Source: Sedimentisphaeraceae bacterium JB056 (GTDB lineage: Bacteria > Planctomycetota > Phycisphaerae > Sedimentisphaerales > Sedimentisphaeraceae). From it: 64,000 nt of DNA. The stretch's first letter is position 1. Every line of letters starts with the position of its first letter. Shown here piece after piece: positions 9,517 through 19,700 of this stretch. The notes beneath the pieces are model-generated. The model was not told the origin of the DNA. It was given only the letters and a program-made list of their open reading frames with translations, and did no database searches. The stretch is taken from contig JBITAJ010000012.1 of assembly GCA_044440125.1 (NCBI GenBank), positions 1-64,000 of the forward strand, in the 5' to 3' direction. A program made the translations under genes and the position numbers.

Positions 9517-10356
9517 TTAGATAATAGTTTCGTTTTCCATGTTTGCTGTTAGAATTTTCTTGTCTGATTCGCTAAATTGATCTCTCCATTTGCCTGGTGA
9601 TATGTTGTAGTTTTTCTTGAATAGCCGTGTGAAAAAATTTACGTCTTCATATCCGCACATTTGTGAAACTTGTGTCACAGTCATATATGGATTAAGAAGA
9701 TTTTTACGTGCAAACTGCATTCTAAGTTTTTGTTGATATGCTATTGGGCCACAACCAAGATGTTTATTGAATAATGTGCCTAGATAGCTGCTGCTTAAAT
9801 CCAATGTTTCTGAAAGCTGTTCAAGATTTAACGGTTGAGTAAACTTTTCCTGTATTATTTCGATGGCACGTCTTAATTTGGGATGCATAATTGTAGCAGT
9901 TTTCTGATGATGCTCGATATTGCTCAGCCTTGACAAAATTGATCTTAGTATGCCTGAAACCTCTTGTGAATATCTCTTATTGTCGTATATGACGGTATGC
10001 AGATCTATAACATCGTCAACCCACCTGATTATATAAGGTTCGTTTTTTAGATATATTGTTCTAAAGTTCAGGTCAAAGCTATCAGGGCCATAGCTAAATC
10101 CAATATATGATGTACCGACAATTTCATTTTCAGATTGTAGGTGGGGTGTGTTTGGAGGAATCACAAAAATCGTGCCTGTATTACCTGTCAATACCTTGTT
10201 CTGTGCCTGGATAGTACAATGTCCCTGTGTTACCAAAATAAGTTCGGTAAAATCGTGAGCATGGGTTTGTACATTTGCTGACCTTAAAAATCGACCTGCA
10301 ATATTGATTTGAGGGCGATTGTACGTTTTTTCGATTTTTCGCTCTTTTAAGATCAT
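9517..10356 (-). CDS. AraC-family transcriptional regulator
   Basis: N-terminal cupin motif HAHDFTEL and C-terminal HTH (VTQVSQMCGYEDVNFFTRLFKK...SPGKWR). Confidence 0.93.
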   Translation of the reverse strand: MILKERKIEKTYNRPQINIAGRFLRSANVQTHAHDFTELILVTQGHCTIQAQNKVLTGNTGTIFVIPPNTPHLQSENEIVGTSYIGFSYGPDSFDLNFRTIYLKNEPYIIRWVDDVIDLHTVIYDNKRYSQEVSGILRSILSRLSNIEHHQKTATIMHPKLRRAIEIIQEKFTQPLNLEQLSETLDLSSSYLGTLFNKHLGCGPIAYQQKLRMQFARKNLLNPYMTVTQVSQMCGYEDVNFFTRLFKKNYNISPGKWRDQFSESDKKILTANMENETII

Positions 10357-10434
10357 CTTTATACCTTTGTATAGTACTGTTATGGGTAAATAATTATAGT
10401 TATTGTATTGTTTTTGGGCTAAAAACGCAACTTA

Positions 10435-10501
10435 AAAGTGGTTTTATGCTAAAGTAAAGTTGTTTTGTTACTTGTGTTAAATGGCTGTCTGATGTTATAA
10501 T
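10435..10501 (+). promoter_or_regulatory. Putative AraC-activated promoter of the 10558 operon
   Basis: Direct repeats AAAGTGGTTTT (10435) and AAAGTTGTTTT (10456) are 21 bp apart. They abut a weak -35 (TTGTGT, 10472) and an extended -10 TGtTATAAT (TATAAT at 10496-10501). Confidence 0.6.
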
Positions 10502-10557
10502 ACTTCCAATGCTCAAAGGGGCAAAAGATATAGTAAACTATAAAAAGGAATAGGCTG

Positions 10558-11403
10558 ATGCGAAAAACTTATAAACTTATCGTGTGTAAAGGTTTTACTC
10601 TTATAGAGCTTCTTGTGGTTATATCCATTATTGCTATCCTGATGTCAATAATGATGCCGAGTTTGCAAAAAGCAAGACAACAGGCGAAATTGGCAATCTG
10701 TGCGAATAATCAGCACCAGCTAATTTTAGGGGTGACTTCTTATCAGTCTGATTTTTATGATTTCCCACCCTCAATTCAAGGTAAAATATGGGGCACTAAT
10801 AATGTGTGGACTCAACCCTACCGCCTTAATTATTTTCCAAAACCGGTATATCAAAACGATAGCGGGTTTGCAGGTGGTGTAATGAGTGAATTTTTAGAAC
10901 CATATATCAGTGATGCAATGATTTTTGGTTGCCCAATGTCACCACCTAGAAAAAATTATAGCGTAAGAAGTGCAGTTAGTGGTAAGGAGTTGGATTACCA
11001 GCAAGCCTATCTTTCTGGTGAAATAAATTACGTTGACGCATCTTATTGGCAGTTATGGAATTATAGAGGATTTAATTCAGTATTTAATCCTAAAAAGTTT
11101 ATAGGCCCTGGCAAAAAATCAAAGATGACTCTTCTTACCTCTGATGTTTTGTGCTGGAATGATGTTGCTGCCGGACTTCCAAATATGTGGTTGTCAAGCC
11201 ATCGTAACATTAAAAAAGGATCTATGAAAGCAAGAAATGATGTCTTTTATGCTTGGGAGGATGCGGAAAAGATAAAGCCTGATAATATAAATATGAATGC
11301 AGGTTATTCTGATGGACATGTCGAAAGATTCAAGTCATCAGACACTTATGAAATGAGATTAGGTAGTGACCTTAAATGTTATATTCCAACTAAATTTAAT
11401 TAA
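10558..11403 (+). CDS. Prepilin-type N-terminal cleavage/methylation protein (DUF1559 / H-X9-DG type)
   Basis: KG^FTLIELLVVISIIAILMSIMMPSLQKARQQAK, a central CP motif, and C-terminal MNAGYSDGHVE. Confidence 0.9.
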   Translation: MRKTYKLIVCKGFTLIELLVVISIIAILMSIMMPSLQKARQQAKLAICANNQHQLILGVTSYQSDFYDFPPSIQGKIWGTNNVWTQPYRLNYFPKPVYQNDSGFAGGVMSEFLEPYISDAMIFGCPMSPPRKNYSVRSAVSGKELDYQQAYLSGEINYVDASYWQLWNYRGFNSVFNPKKFIGPGKKSKMTLLTSDVLCWNDVAAGLPNMWLSSHRNIKKGSMKARNDVFYAWEDAEKIKPDNINMNAGYSDGHVERFKSSDTYEMRLGSDLKCYIPTKFN

Positions 11404-11423
11404 CCTTTTTAGGAGATCTTACA

Positions 11424-12350
11424 ATGTTGTATGCAAAGAATGTATTGGGATTAGTTACGATATTTTTAATGATATTCAGTTGTCTGAGTTATGCTCAGTT
11501 ACCTGTTACAGATGGTTTGGCTTTACATCTTGAACCGTCTGGGATTGTGGAAAGTGAAGTTGAAGGTGTAATGCATGTTACGGCATGGCTTGACAGCTCA
11601 GGTAATGGGTATGATGCCGGGCCTACTCCTGATCCTTTAGAATTACCAGTTAAAATTGTTGATCCTATGACCGGTTTAGATATGGTGCACTTTGAAGATG
11701 ATGGGCTTTTAATACCTTCAGATTCTAATTCATTAACTCCAAAGACAGATGGTATTACTATTCTTGTTGTAGCCAATACTGATGAAGCTACTGCTAATCA
11801 GTACTATATTCAGAAGGCGAACACTGGCTCAACAGTAGAAGGCTGGAGTGTTAATATGGTTGACAGAGGTCGTCTTGGCAGTCGTATCTGCGGTAAAGGT
11901 GGAACCGATGATGAAAACAGAGGATGGCTCTATAAATATCGCGGCACTACTGACAGAGTTATTGTGACGACTATTTTCTATTATGATCAAGGAACAAATA
12001 TCGGTGAAGTATATGCTGCCGTAAATGGCGATGACACCGGTTATTTATCTAATATATGGTCAGAGCTGTATTACGGAAATTCTAATCCGGATGCGGATGT
12101 TGAGATTGGTAACCTTTTCTATGGTGATATAGCTGAGATCATAATTTATGACGCAGAGTTAAGCCAGACAGAGCTTGAATCAATGTACACTTATTTGTCA
12201 AATAAATATTATATTGATACGCCATTTTCCACTGGTTGTGAAGCAGTATGGGCTGCCGGTGAAGGCGAAGAAGCTGATGTTAATAAGGACTGCTTGATAA
12301 ATATTGATGATTTTGTAGAAATGGCAAATAATTGGCTGCTTAGCTATTAA
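11424..12350 (+). CDS. Secreted LamG/ConA-like protein with C-terminal dockerin-like tail
   Basis: Signal peptide, WLDSSGNG...GDIAEIIIYDAELS, and C-terminal ADVNKDCLINIDDFVEMANNWL. Confidence 0.75.
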   Translation: MLYAKNVLGLVTIFLMIFSCLSYAQLPVTDGLALHLEPSGIVESEVEGVMHVTAWLDSSGNGYDAGPTPDPLELPVKIVDPMTGLDMVHFEDDGLLIPSDSNSLTPKTDGITILVVANTDEATANQYYIQKANTGSTVEGWSVNMVDRGRLGSRICGKGGTDDENRGWLYKYRGTTDRVIVTTIFYYDQGTNIGEVYAAVNGDDTGYLSNIWSELYYGNSNPDADVEIGNLFYGDIAEIIIYDAELSQTELESMYTYLSNKYYIDTPFSTGCEAVWAAGEGEEADVNKDCLINIDDFVEMANNWLLSY

Positions 12351-12377
12351 TACGGACTGTAATTACATGTGATATTA

Positions 12378-12419
12378 AAGGAGCCTTTGATGGTACCGAT
12401 ATCTCAGGCTCCTTGTTTA
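12378..12419 (+). terminator. Intergenic stem-loop (terminator or mRNA stabilizer)
   Basis: AAGGAGCCT (12378-12386) / AGGCTCCTT (12406-12414). Confidence 0.5.
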
Positions 12420-12449
12420 TGAATCCAAAAACGATTTGAGTAATATTAA

Positions 12450-13397
12450 ATGAATACTAAGAAGATAATACTTGATACTGACATAGGTACGGATGTAGAT
12501 GATGTATGGGCCTTAGGGTTGCTGTTAAAAAGTCCTGAGCTTGATCTGAAATTAGTTACCACCGTAAATGGGGATACCATATACAGATCTAAAATCGTTG
12601 CAAAATTCTTGCAACGGGCAAATCGTTGTGATATACCGATAGGCATTGGTTGTGCAGATGATAATAAACTCAACCGACAATGGCAGTGGGTTGAGAATTA
12701 TGATATAGAACAATACCCCGGTAAAATTTATTATGATGGTGTTCAGGCCATGATTGATATGGTGATGAGTTCTTCGAAGCCTGTTACGATAATATCTATC
12801 GGACCTTTGACTAATATTGCCGAGGCAGTTAAAAGATGCCCTGAGATTACTCAAAATGCGGAAATTATTGGTATGCACGGCAGTATAAAAAGTGGAAAAA
12901 ATGCTATTCCCGGTAAAGTAGCGGAATATAATGTGTTGCAGGATGTAGAGTCTGCGAAGCTGGTTTTTAAGCAGGATTGGAATATAACCATAACTCCGTT
13001 GGATACTTGCGGTATTGTGAAGTTTAGAGGTGAAAAATATTCACTGCTGAAAAATAGTGACTCTTCTTTAGTAAAGGATATTATCGAAAATTACAGAATT
13101 TGGGATATAAATGCGAAAATAGGTAATTTTGAGGTAGAAAGTTCTATACTGTTTGATACTGTTGCGATATATTTAGGTTTTACAGATGAATATCTGAATA
13201 TGGAGAGAATTAAACTTGTAATTGATGGTTCTGGTTTCATGAACGAAACTGATAATGGTAAAGATATTAATGTTGCAATCAGTTGGAACGATCTTGAAGG
13301 ATATGAGGATTTTCTAATAGAACGTTATCTGAGCAATCCAAAAGGAAAGACTAAGATTGACAGTGTTGAAACTCAGAACGTTCTTGTTTCCGAGTAA
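12450..13397 (+). CDS. Nucleoside hydrolase (IU-NH family)
   Basis: Motifs IILDTDIGTDVDD, IGPLTNIA, AEYNVLQD, PLD and LFDTVA. Confidence 0.88.
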   Translation: MNTKKIILDTDIGTDVDDVWALGLLLKSPELDLKLVTTVNGDTIYRSKIVAKFLQRANRCDIPIGIGCADDNKLNRQWQWVENYDIEQYPGKIYYDGVQAMIDMVMSSSKPVTIISIGPLTNIAEAVKRCPEITQNAEIIGMHGSIKSGKNAIPGKVAEYNVLQDVESAKLVFKQDWNITITPLDTCGIVKFRGEKYSLLKNSDSSLVKDIIENYRIWDINAKIGNFEVESSILFDTVAIYLGFTDEYLNMERIKLVIDGSGFMNETDNGKDINVAISWNDLEGYEDFLIERYLSNPKGKTKIDSVETQNVLVSE

Positions 13398-13429
13398 TTA
13401 TAGTCTGAGATTTTATAGGAAATTATGTA

Positions 13430-14626
13430 ATGAAAAAGAGTAATAGATTCATATTTTGTGCTGTTTTAATTCTTATCAATATTTCTTTTGCTGCAGAGCC
13501 ATTATTTCAATCAAGTCTGCTTTTTGAACGTCAAACAAAGGAAGATCATTATCGTGGCCCTCGAATCATACAATTGCCATCGGGGCGAATAGTTGTCGGG
13601 GCAACGTTGAAGCTTGGGCATATGCGAGATACTGGTGGTGTTGATGAAGGACGTTTTAAATATAGTGATGATGATGGCCAGACATGGCAAACTACAGAGA
13701 AATATAAAATTGGAGATGTTGTCGACAGCAATACCGGCAAGATCTGGAGTATTTCCCATGATTGGCCAATGAATGATGCTGAAGGTAATCCTATGACAGA
13801 GACATGGATGATCAATAATACCCAAAAAGGTATCGCTATTGGATCAACCATGGAAATATCTTCAAGCAGTGATGGTGTAAACTGGGAAAGCAAAGATATT
13901 ACTGATAAGTTTTTCACCTATACTAATGGCGGCCTTGCATGGTTTATTGGTCACGGTATTCAGCTTGAAAAGGGGAAGTATGCTGGCAGATTGATTATTC
14001 CGGGTAGATATTTTGGCAAAGAGTGGGATCATTGCGGGCCAAGTATGCATAATACATTGGCTTATAGTGATGATGATGGCAAGACATGGAATTGGGGCGG
14101 CAGTGCACAAGGTTACACAGGAGAAGCCTGTATCGTTGAACTTTCAGATGGTTCTGTTTATATGAGTAACCGTAATCATAATCCAGAGACAGCAGGTTAT
14201 CGTTCATATTGTATAAGTAAAGATGGCGGCAAAACATTCACCGAATTCGGTGTAGAAGAGGAATTGCCAGAGCCAAGATGTCATGCCTCTATGGTTAGAT
14301 ATTCTTTTCCGGAAGAAAAAACAAATACTCCAGGCAGAGTTTTATTCTTAAATCCATCTGTGAGAATTCCGGGTACCTCAATTGCACCTAAGAATGGTCG
14401 AAAAAATCTTACTGTCAAACTCAGTTATGATGATTGCAAGACATGGCCTGTATCGAAAACAATTGACGCCGGCATGGGTGGTTATTCTGATATGATTGTT
14501 ACTAAAGACGGTACAGTTATCTGTGTATTTGAATCTGGTAAAGAAGAGATTTATGCAGAGGATATTACACTTATAAGGTTTAATGTTGAATGGCTTGAAT
14601 CCGGCTTTGAACCCAAAATGAAATAA
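13430..14626 (+). CDS. Secreted sialidase-family (GH33-like) protein
   Basis: Signal peptide, YRGPRI (RIP-like motif), Asp-boxes SDDDGQTW, SDDDGKTW, SKDGGKTF and SYDDCKTW, plus GRKNLTV and GYSDM. Confidence 0.85.
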   Translation: MKKSNRFIFCAVLILINISFAAEPLFQSSLLFERQTKEDHYRGPRIIQLPSGRIVVGATLKLGHMRDTGGVDEGRFKYSDDDGQTWQTTEKYKIGDVVDSNTGKIWSISHDWPMNDAEGNPMTETWMINNTQKGIAIGSTMEISSSSDGVNWESKDITDKFFTYTNGGLAWFIGHGIQLEKGKYAGRLIIPGRYFGKEWDHCGPSMHNTLAYSDDDGKTWNWGGSAQGYTGEACIVELSDGSVYMSNRNHNPETAGYRSYCISKDGGKTFTEFGVEEELPEPRCHASMVRYSFPEEKTNTPGRVLFLNPSVRIPGTSIAPKNGRKNLTVKLSYDDCKTWPVSKTIDAGMGGYSDMIVTKDGTVICVFESGKEEIYAEDITLIRFNVEWLESGFEPKMK

Positions 14627-14641
14627 TTAATTCTGAGTATA

Positions 14642-16498
14642 ATGAAAAAGCTAATCATATCTTTATTGCTACTTTTTTCTTCTGTTGTTTTTGCTTCCAA
14701 TAACTTTAAGGTTACTCAGCATGATGGCTTTGATAATATAGGTTACGAATTTGGAGCAAGCGGAATTTTGAAGTTTGCCTCTGGTTATGAAGAACAGCCG
14801 GAAATAGTAAGCGATATATCACTTGATGTCAAAAATGCAGTAGCATTTGGTCAGTCTGATATAGCTATTTTCTGCGATGATGGAACTATTTACTGTTTTA
14901 ATGCTATAACAGAGACTCTGCGGGTTCTTGAAAGACCTGAGAATCTAACGCCTGATATGGATGCCAACTTGACTACAGATCAAGTTCTTAAGTTTTTGGG
15001 TTCATCTAAGCCGAACTTTGGTCTGTTAAATTACACCGTACTTGGCGTTTACCTTGCAATCCTTGTTGGGATGGGATTTTATTTTTCAAAACATGAAAAG
15101 AGTACGGACGATTTCTTTCTTGCTGGCAGACGTATTCCGTCCTGGGCGGCAGGCCTGAGTATTTTCGGCACTCAGTTAAGTGCGATTACTTTTATGGCTG
15201 TACCTGCCAAAGCGTACAGCTCAAATTGGCAATATTTTTTAGGCAATATTGCAATCGTTTTAGTAGCAGCTCCTGTGGCCGCATTCATCTTTATTCCTTT
15301 TTACAGAAGATTGAATATTACTACAGCATATGAATATCTTGAAAAACGATTCAACCTTGCTGTACGTCTTTTTGCAAGTGCGATTTACATTGTAATGCAA
15401 TTGTTGCGAATGGGTATCGTATTGTTTCTGCCGGCCTTGGCATTATCTACCGTTAGTGGTATCGATGTCAGGTTGACAATATTGCTTATGGGTATTTTGT
15501 GTACCATTTATACAGTGCTTGGCGGTATAGAAGCCGTTATCTGGACCGATGTAGTTCAAGTTATAGTTTTACTTGCAGGTGCATTGTTGTGTCTGTTTGT
15601 AATAATCGCAGATGTTGGTCATGATGTGGTTGGTATGACACAAGTGGTATATGAGCAGGGCAAATTGTCGCTTGGTGATATGCGGCTGGATTTCTCTTCG
15701 CCTACACTTATAGTAGTGTTAATTATGATGCCTTCTATGTTTTGTCCTTATGTTACAGACCAAACTGTGGTTCAGCGTTACCTGACAACCAAAGATGAAA
15801 AGCAAGCAAAGAAATCTTTATGGATCAACGCCTGGATGACTATTCCTGCAACAGTTTTGTTTTTTTCGCTTGGAACTTTTCTTTATATGTTTTATTGCGA
15901 TAATCCTGAAAAGTTAGATGCTGGAATGAGCAATGATTCTATTTTGCCATGGTTTGTATTGCAGGAGCTGCCTGCAGGTATTTCTGGTCTTTTAATAGCA
16001 GGTGTTTTTGCAGCAGCTATGAGTAGTTTGGATAGCAGTATGAACAGTGTTTCTGCCGCAATAGTCTCAGACTTTGTTGTACGCTTTAAATCATCTATAT
16101 CAGAACACAGGCGTTTGGTTTTGGCCAGGATTCTTACTGTGATATTAGGAGCTTTTGGTACTATCACCGCTTTAGTGATGACTGCATATGATATTAAATC
16201 ATTCTGGGACTGTATGGTTAAAGTTGTTAATCCATTCTTAGGAGCGCTTGGCGGGCTATTCTTGCTTGGTGCGATTACGAAAAAATGTAATGCCACAGGG
16301 GGGCTTACAGGTATTATATTGGGTGTTGTTGTGTTATATATTATCCAAGCCGAAACTTCGCTTCACTTCTTCCTGTATATGCCTATAGCGGTTGTTGTTA
16401 CTTTTGTTATAGGTTTCATTGTCAGTCTGGTAACCGGTTCGAATAAGAAAGATATGACCAATCTAACCTTAACTACTATGGTTGAAACAGAGAATTAA
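14642..16498 (+). CDS. Sodium:solute symporter (SiaT-like) with N-terminal periplasmic extension
   Basis: Motifs FFLAGRRIP, SAITFMAVP, AYEYLEKRF, GGIEAVIWTD, DQTVVQRY and AAAMSSLDS. Confidence 0.92.
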   Translation: MKKLIISLLLLFSSVVFASNNFKVTQHDGFDNIGYEFGASGILKFASGYEEQPEIVSDISLDVKNAVAFGQSDIAIFCDDGTIYCFNAITETLRVLERPENLTPDMDANLTTDQVLKFLGSSKPNFGLLNYTVLGVYLAILVGMGFYFSKHEKSTDDFFLAGRRIPSWAAGLSIFGTQLSAITFMAVPAKAYSSNWQYFLGNIAIVLVAAPVAAFIFIPFYRRLNITTAYEYLEKRFNLAVRLFASAIYIVMQLLRMGIVLFLPALALSTVSGIDVRLTILLMGILCTIYTVLGGIEAVIWTDVVQVIVLLAGALLCLFVIIADVGHDVVGMTQVVYEQGKLSLGDMRLDFSSPTLIVVLIMMPSMFCPYVTDQTVVQRYLTTKDEKQAKKSLWINAWMTIPATVLFFSLGTFLYMFYCDNPEKLDAGMSNDSILPWFVLQELPAGISGLLIAGVFAAAMSSLDSSMNSVSAAIVSDFVVRFKSSISEHRRLVLARILTVILGAFGTITALVMTAYDIKSFWDCMVKVVNPFLGALGGLFLLGAITKKCNATGGLTGIILGVVVLYIIQAETSLHFFLYMPIAVVVTFVIGFIVSLVTGSNKKDMTNLTLTTMVETEN

Positions 16499-16580
16499 GA
16501 AAGAATAAGTTATAATGGTCAAAAGATTAAATAGTGATCATCTTTACGCCATTTAATAATGATTTCTCAGTCGATTTAGG

Positions 16581-16609
16581 TGAATTAAATATATAATATA
16601 TTTAATTCA
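16581..16609. other. Perfect AT-rich palindrome in intergenic region
   Basis: TGAATTAAATATAT-A-ATATATTTAATTCA (14-bp arms, 1-nt spacer). Confidence 0.7.
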
Positions 16610-16712
16610 TCACCCTTGTGTTTCTATTTAGAAAAAATGATATCAGATAAAGTTTGTAGCGTTTAGGAATAACGCAATGAAACCAATTTGTAAAAAAATT
16701 TGGAGAAATAAT

Positions 16713-19700
16713 ATGGCAAGACGAATGATATTTATAATCTTATGTGTAATATGTTCGAATATTTCTGTTTTTTCTGCAGTATTGGCATATGAGGGGTTTG
16801 ATTATAGTACTAGCGGGCTTAATGGTCAAAGTGGTGGTACAGGCTTTTCTGGTTCATGGTCAGCAACTGGTGTAGAAACATCTGCAGGCAGTTTATCTGC
16901 TCCTTCTGCCTATGGCTTAAGTACAACAGGCGGGAAAGTGGCGGCTGATATGAGCGGAACCAGTATGAGGAGATTTCTAAGTACAGGTCTAAATTTGAAT
17001 CCAGCTTCACAGACAACATATTATCTGAGTATGCTTTTTGAAAGACAGGATTCTAGTAATGATGGATCAGGAGAGTGGATATCAATTTTCAGATTAAAAA
17101 ATTCCAGCAACCAGCAAATACTTAAATTCACAACAGGAAGCGGTGAAAATATTAGTATTACAGATGACAATGCTACCGATTTTTTTACCAAGCCGGATTG
17201 TTTTGAAATTGGCAAAACTTATTTAGTTGTAATGAAGATAGAGGCAAGAAATGATGGATTCGATAATGCTTATATTAAATTATTCGATGAAGACACCGCG
17301 TATATTACAGATGATTTGGATTATCTAAATAGTGATGTGCATATATCTTTTGACAGCAGCTCTACTATAACGAATATAACAACAGATTTTGGTACTAATC
17401 AAAATTATGTATATTTCGATGAGTTTCGCATTGGCACTGCATGGGCAGATGTTGTAGGCGGTGATTTTGTTCCTAAGTTGGCGTATGAAGATTTTGATTA
17501 CGGGACTGCCGGCTTAAATGGTCAAAACGGTGGAACAGGATTTAACGGAGCCTGGACAGCATCAGGTATTGAAACCAGTTCTACAAGTTTGGCAGCTCCT
17601 GCAGGATATGAGTATGTACCATCTGGTGGTGATGTTGCTGCTGATAATTCTGGTCAGGAAGCCAGGCGTGAATTTGCGTTCGATATTAATTTGGATCCTG
17701 AAGTTGGAGACAACTTGGTTTATTACTTTAGTGTGTTGTTCAAGAAGATAGATACCACTGGTGATCAGGAATCTAATGAATATATTCAGCCTATAAGGTT
17801 ATTAAACAGCAGCAATACCGTTATTGTTGACTATATTATTGGTAGTAATGAATCTGTGGCTACTATGATAAATGGCGGCGTGGCAGTTGCTACCTCATCT
17901 GACTACATAGAAAAAGATCAAACTTATTTATTAGTAGGCAAGCTCCTTTGTCGAGGCAGCAATACCCCTCAGTATTTGGATACCGATGATGTTAGTTATA
18001 TAAAAGTTTTGAAGGTTGGCACGGATACAGTTTATAGCGAGCCTAAAGATGAACAGTATTGGGATTGTATAGCAACTGCAAATTGTAGCGATACTATTAG
18101 CAAAGTTGCATTAAAATTCGGAGCCAATCAAACTGCTGTCCATATAGATGAATTCAGAGTTGGAACAACATGGGATCAAGTAGTTAATAATGATAAAGAA
18201 CTGATTCCACCAATATCTGATTATCTCCGTGATGATTATTTGCATTGCAGCTCTTCAGAGATCAGTCGAATAGAATCTGCAACCGATAAAGGATTAATGA
18301 ACATCAGGCCAGTTATTTTACCTGAAGGCGAAAATTTTCTCGGAAGCAATTTCCATATGGGTTGGCCAGTTGCGGCTATGAGTGATGATACTATTATCAT
18401 GCATTCCAGGCGTTTTGTATATCACACAGCTACGACTGAATTCAAACAAACATACCCATCATTCGCTGATGATTATAGCCAGATATTTTACTGTATTTCT
18501 AATGATGCAGGTAAAACATGGGGGCCTATGATAGATATTCAGCCGTTTTTTGCTGGTTCTTCTGGAGATACAATTGGCGGAATGATGAATATTGGGACCA
18601 ACAATAATGATGAATTTATTTTGAGATATAAGGGAATGGCAATTAGTGATGATGGCGGCCAGAATTGGGCATTATCAGAAGGAGCCTTTGATAATTGTAA
18701 TACGACTGATTCGGAAGGTATGGGACCTATTATCATTAATCATCCGGTTTTTGGATTAATGATGTTTAATGGATCTGATGCTGATGAAGAAGGTACTCCT
18801 CCGTGGAAAGCTTATATCAGACGCTCAACAGATGATGGGTTTACATGGGATGACATTTCATGGGACACTTCTAAAGATGGGGATTACGACTACACTTGGC
18901 CTAAGGAACCTGCAGCTTTAACTTGGGGGCCTGGACATATTTTGCTTATTTCACGAGACCACAGTTCAGAGTTTCCTGATGATGGCAGTACATGGGCAAT
19001 GAGTCAGCATTTATATAAATACGAATCTGGGGATACTTTCAGTGCCAGTGATATTGTATTTGAAACTCAGAGGTCAAACATTGAAGGAAATCTCTGGGAT
19101 AATATATGGGCTAATGATACTGCTGATGTTTCTTATAATCCTGTGACAGGCCGCATTGAAGTATTGCATTGTGCTCGATTTGGCGGCGGTCCAGGCTATG
19201 ACGGTAATAACACAGAAGTTGCCAAGGAAACACTTAATATTTGGAGTATAGATCCTGACGAATTGCTTGCAGGAAGCAACGTTTGGCGATTTGAAGGTAC
19301 AATGTTAGTTAGAAATGATCGCCATAGCCCAGCTACTAAAATTGACGGCTTACATCCAGGTTCTGCTGTTATCGATGAGGATAATGACCTGCAGCATATT
19401 TATGTCTATGCTGGGGGACACTGCGGTGAAGAAGTTGGTGTTTTTCAGATTGACAGAACTCTCAATACGGGCCAGTTGAGTGCATATTTAAAATCAAGTT
19501 TGCCAAATTGTCAATATACTAAAAAGATCACACTCGACTGCGATGATTTATACGATGAGCTTAGTGATGTCATTGTTACTATAAAACTAAACTCAAGCAA
19601 TATTGTATATAATCAATTTAAGGCTAATGCTGATGATATGTATTTCACAGATTCTCAGCAAAATATATTAAGACACTATATTTACCAATGGAATACTTCT

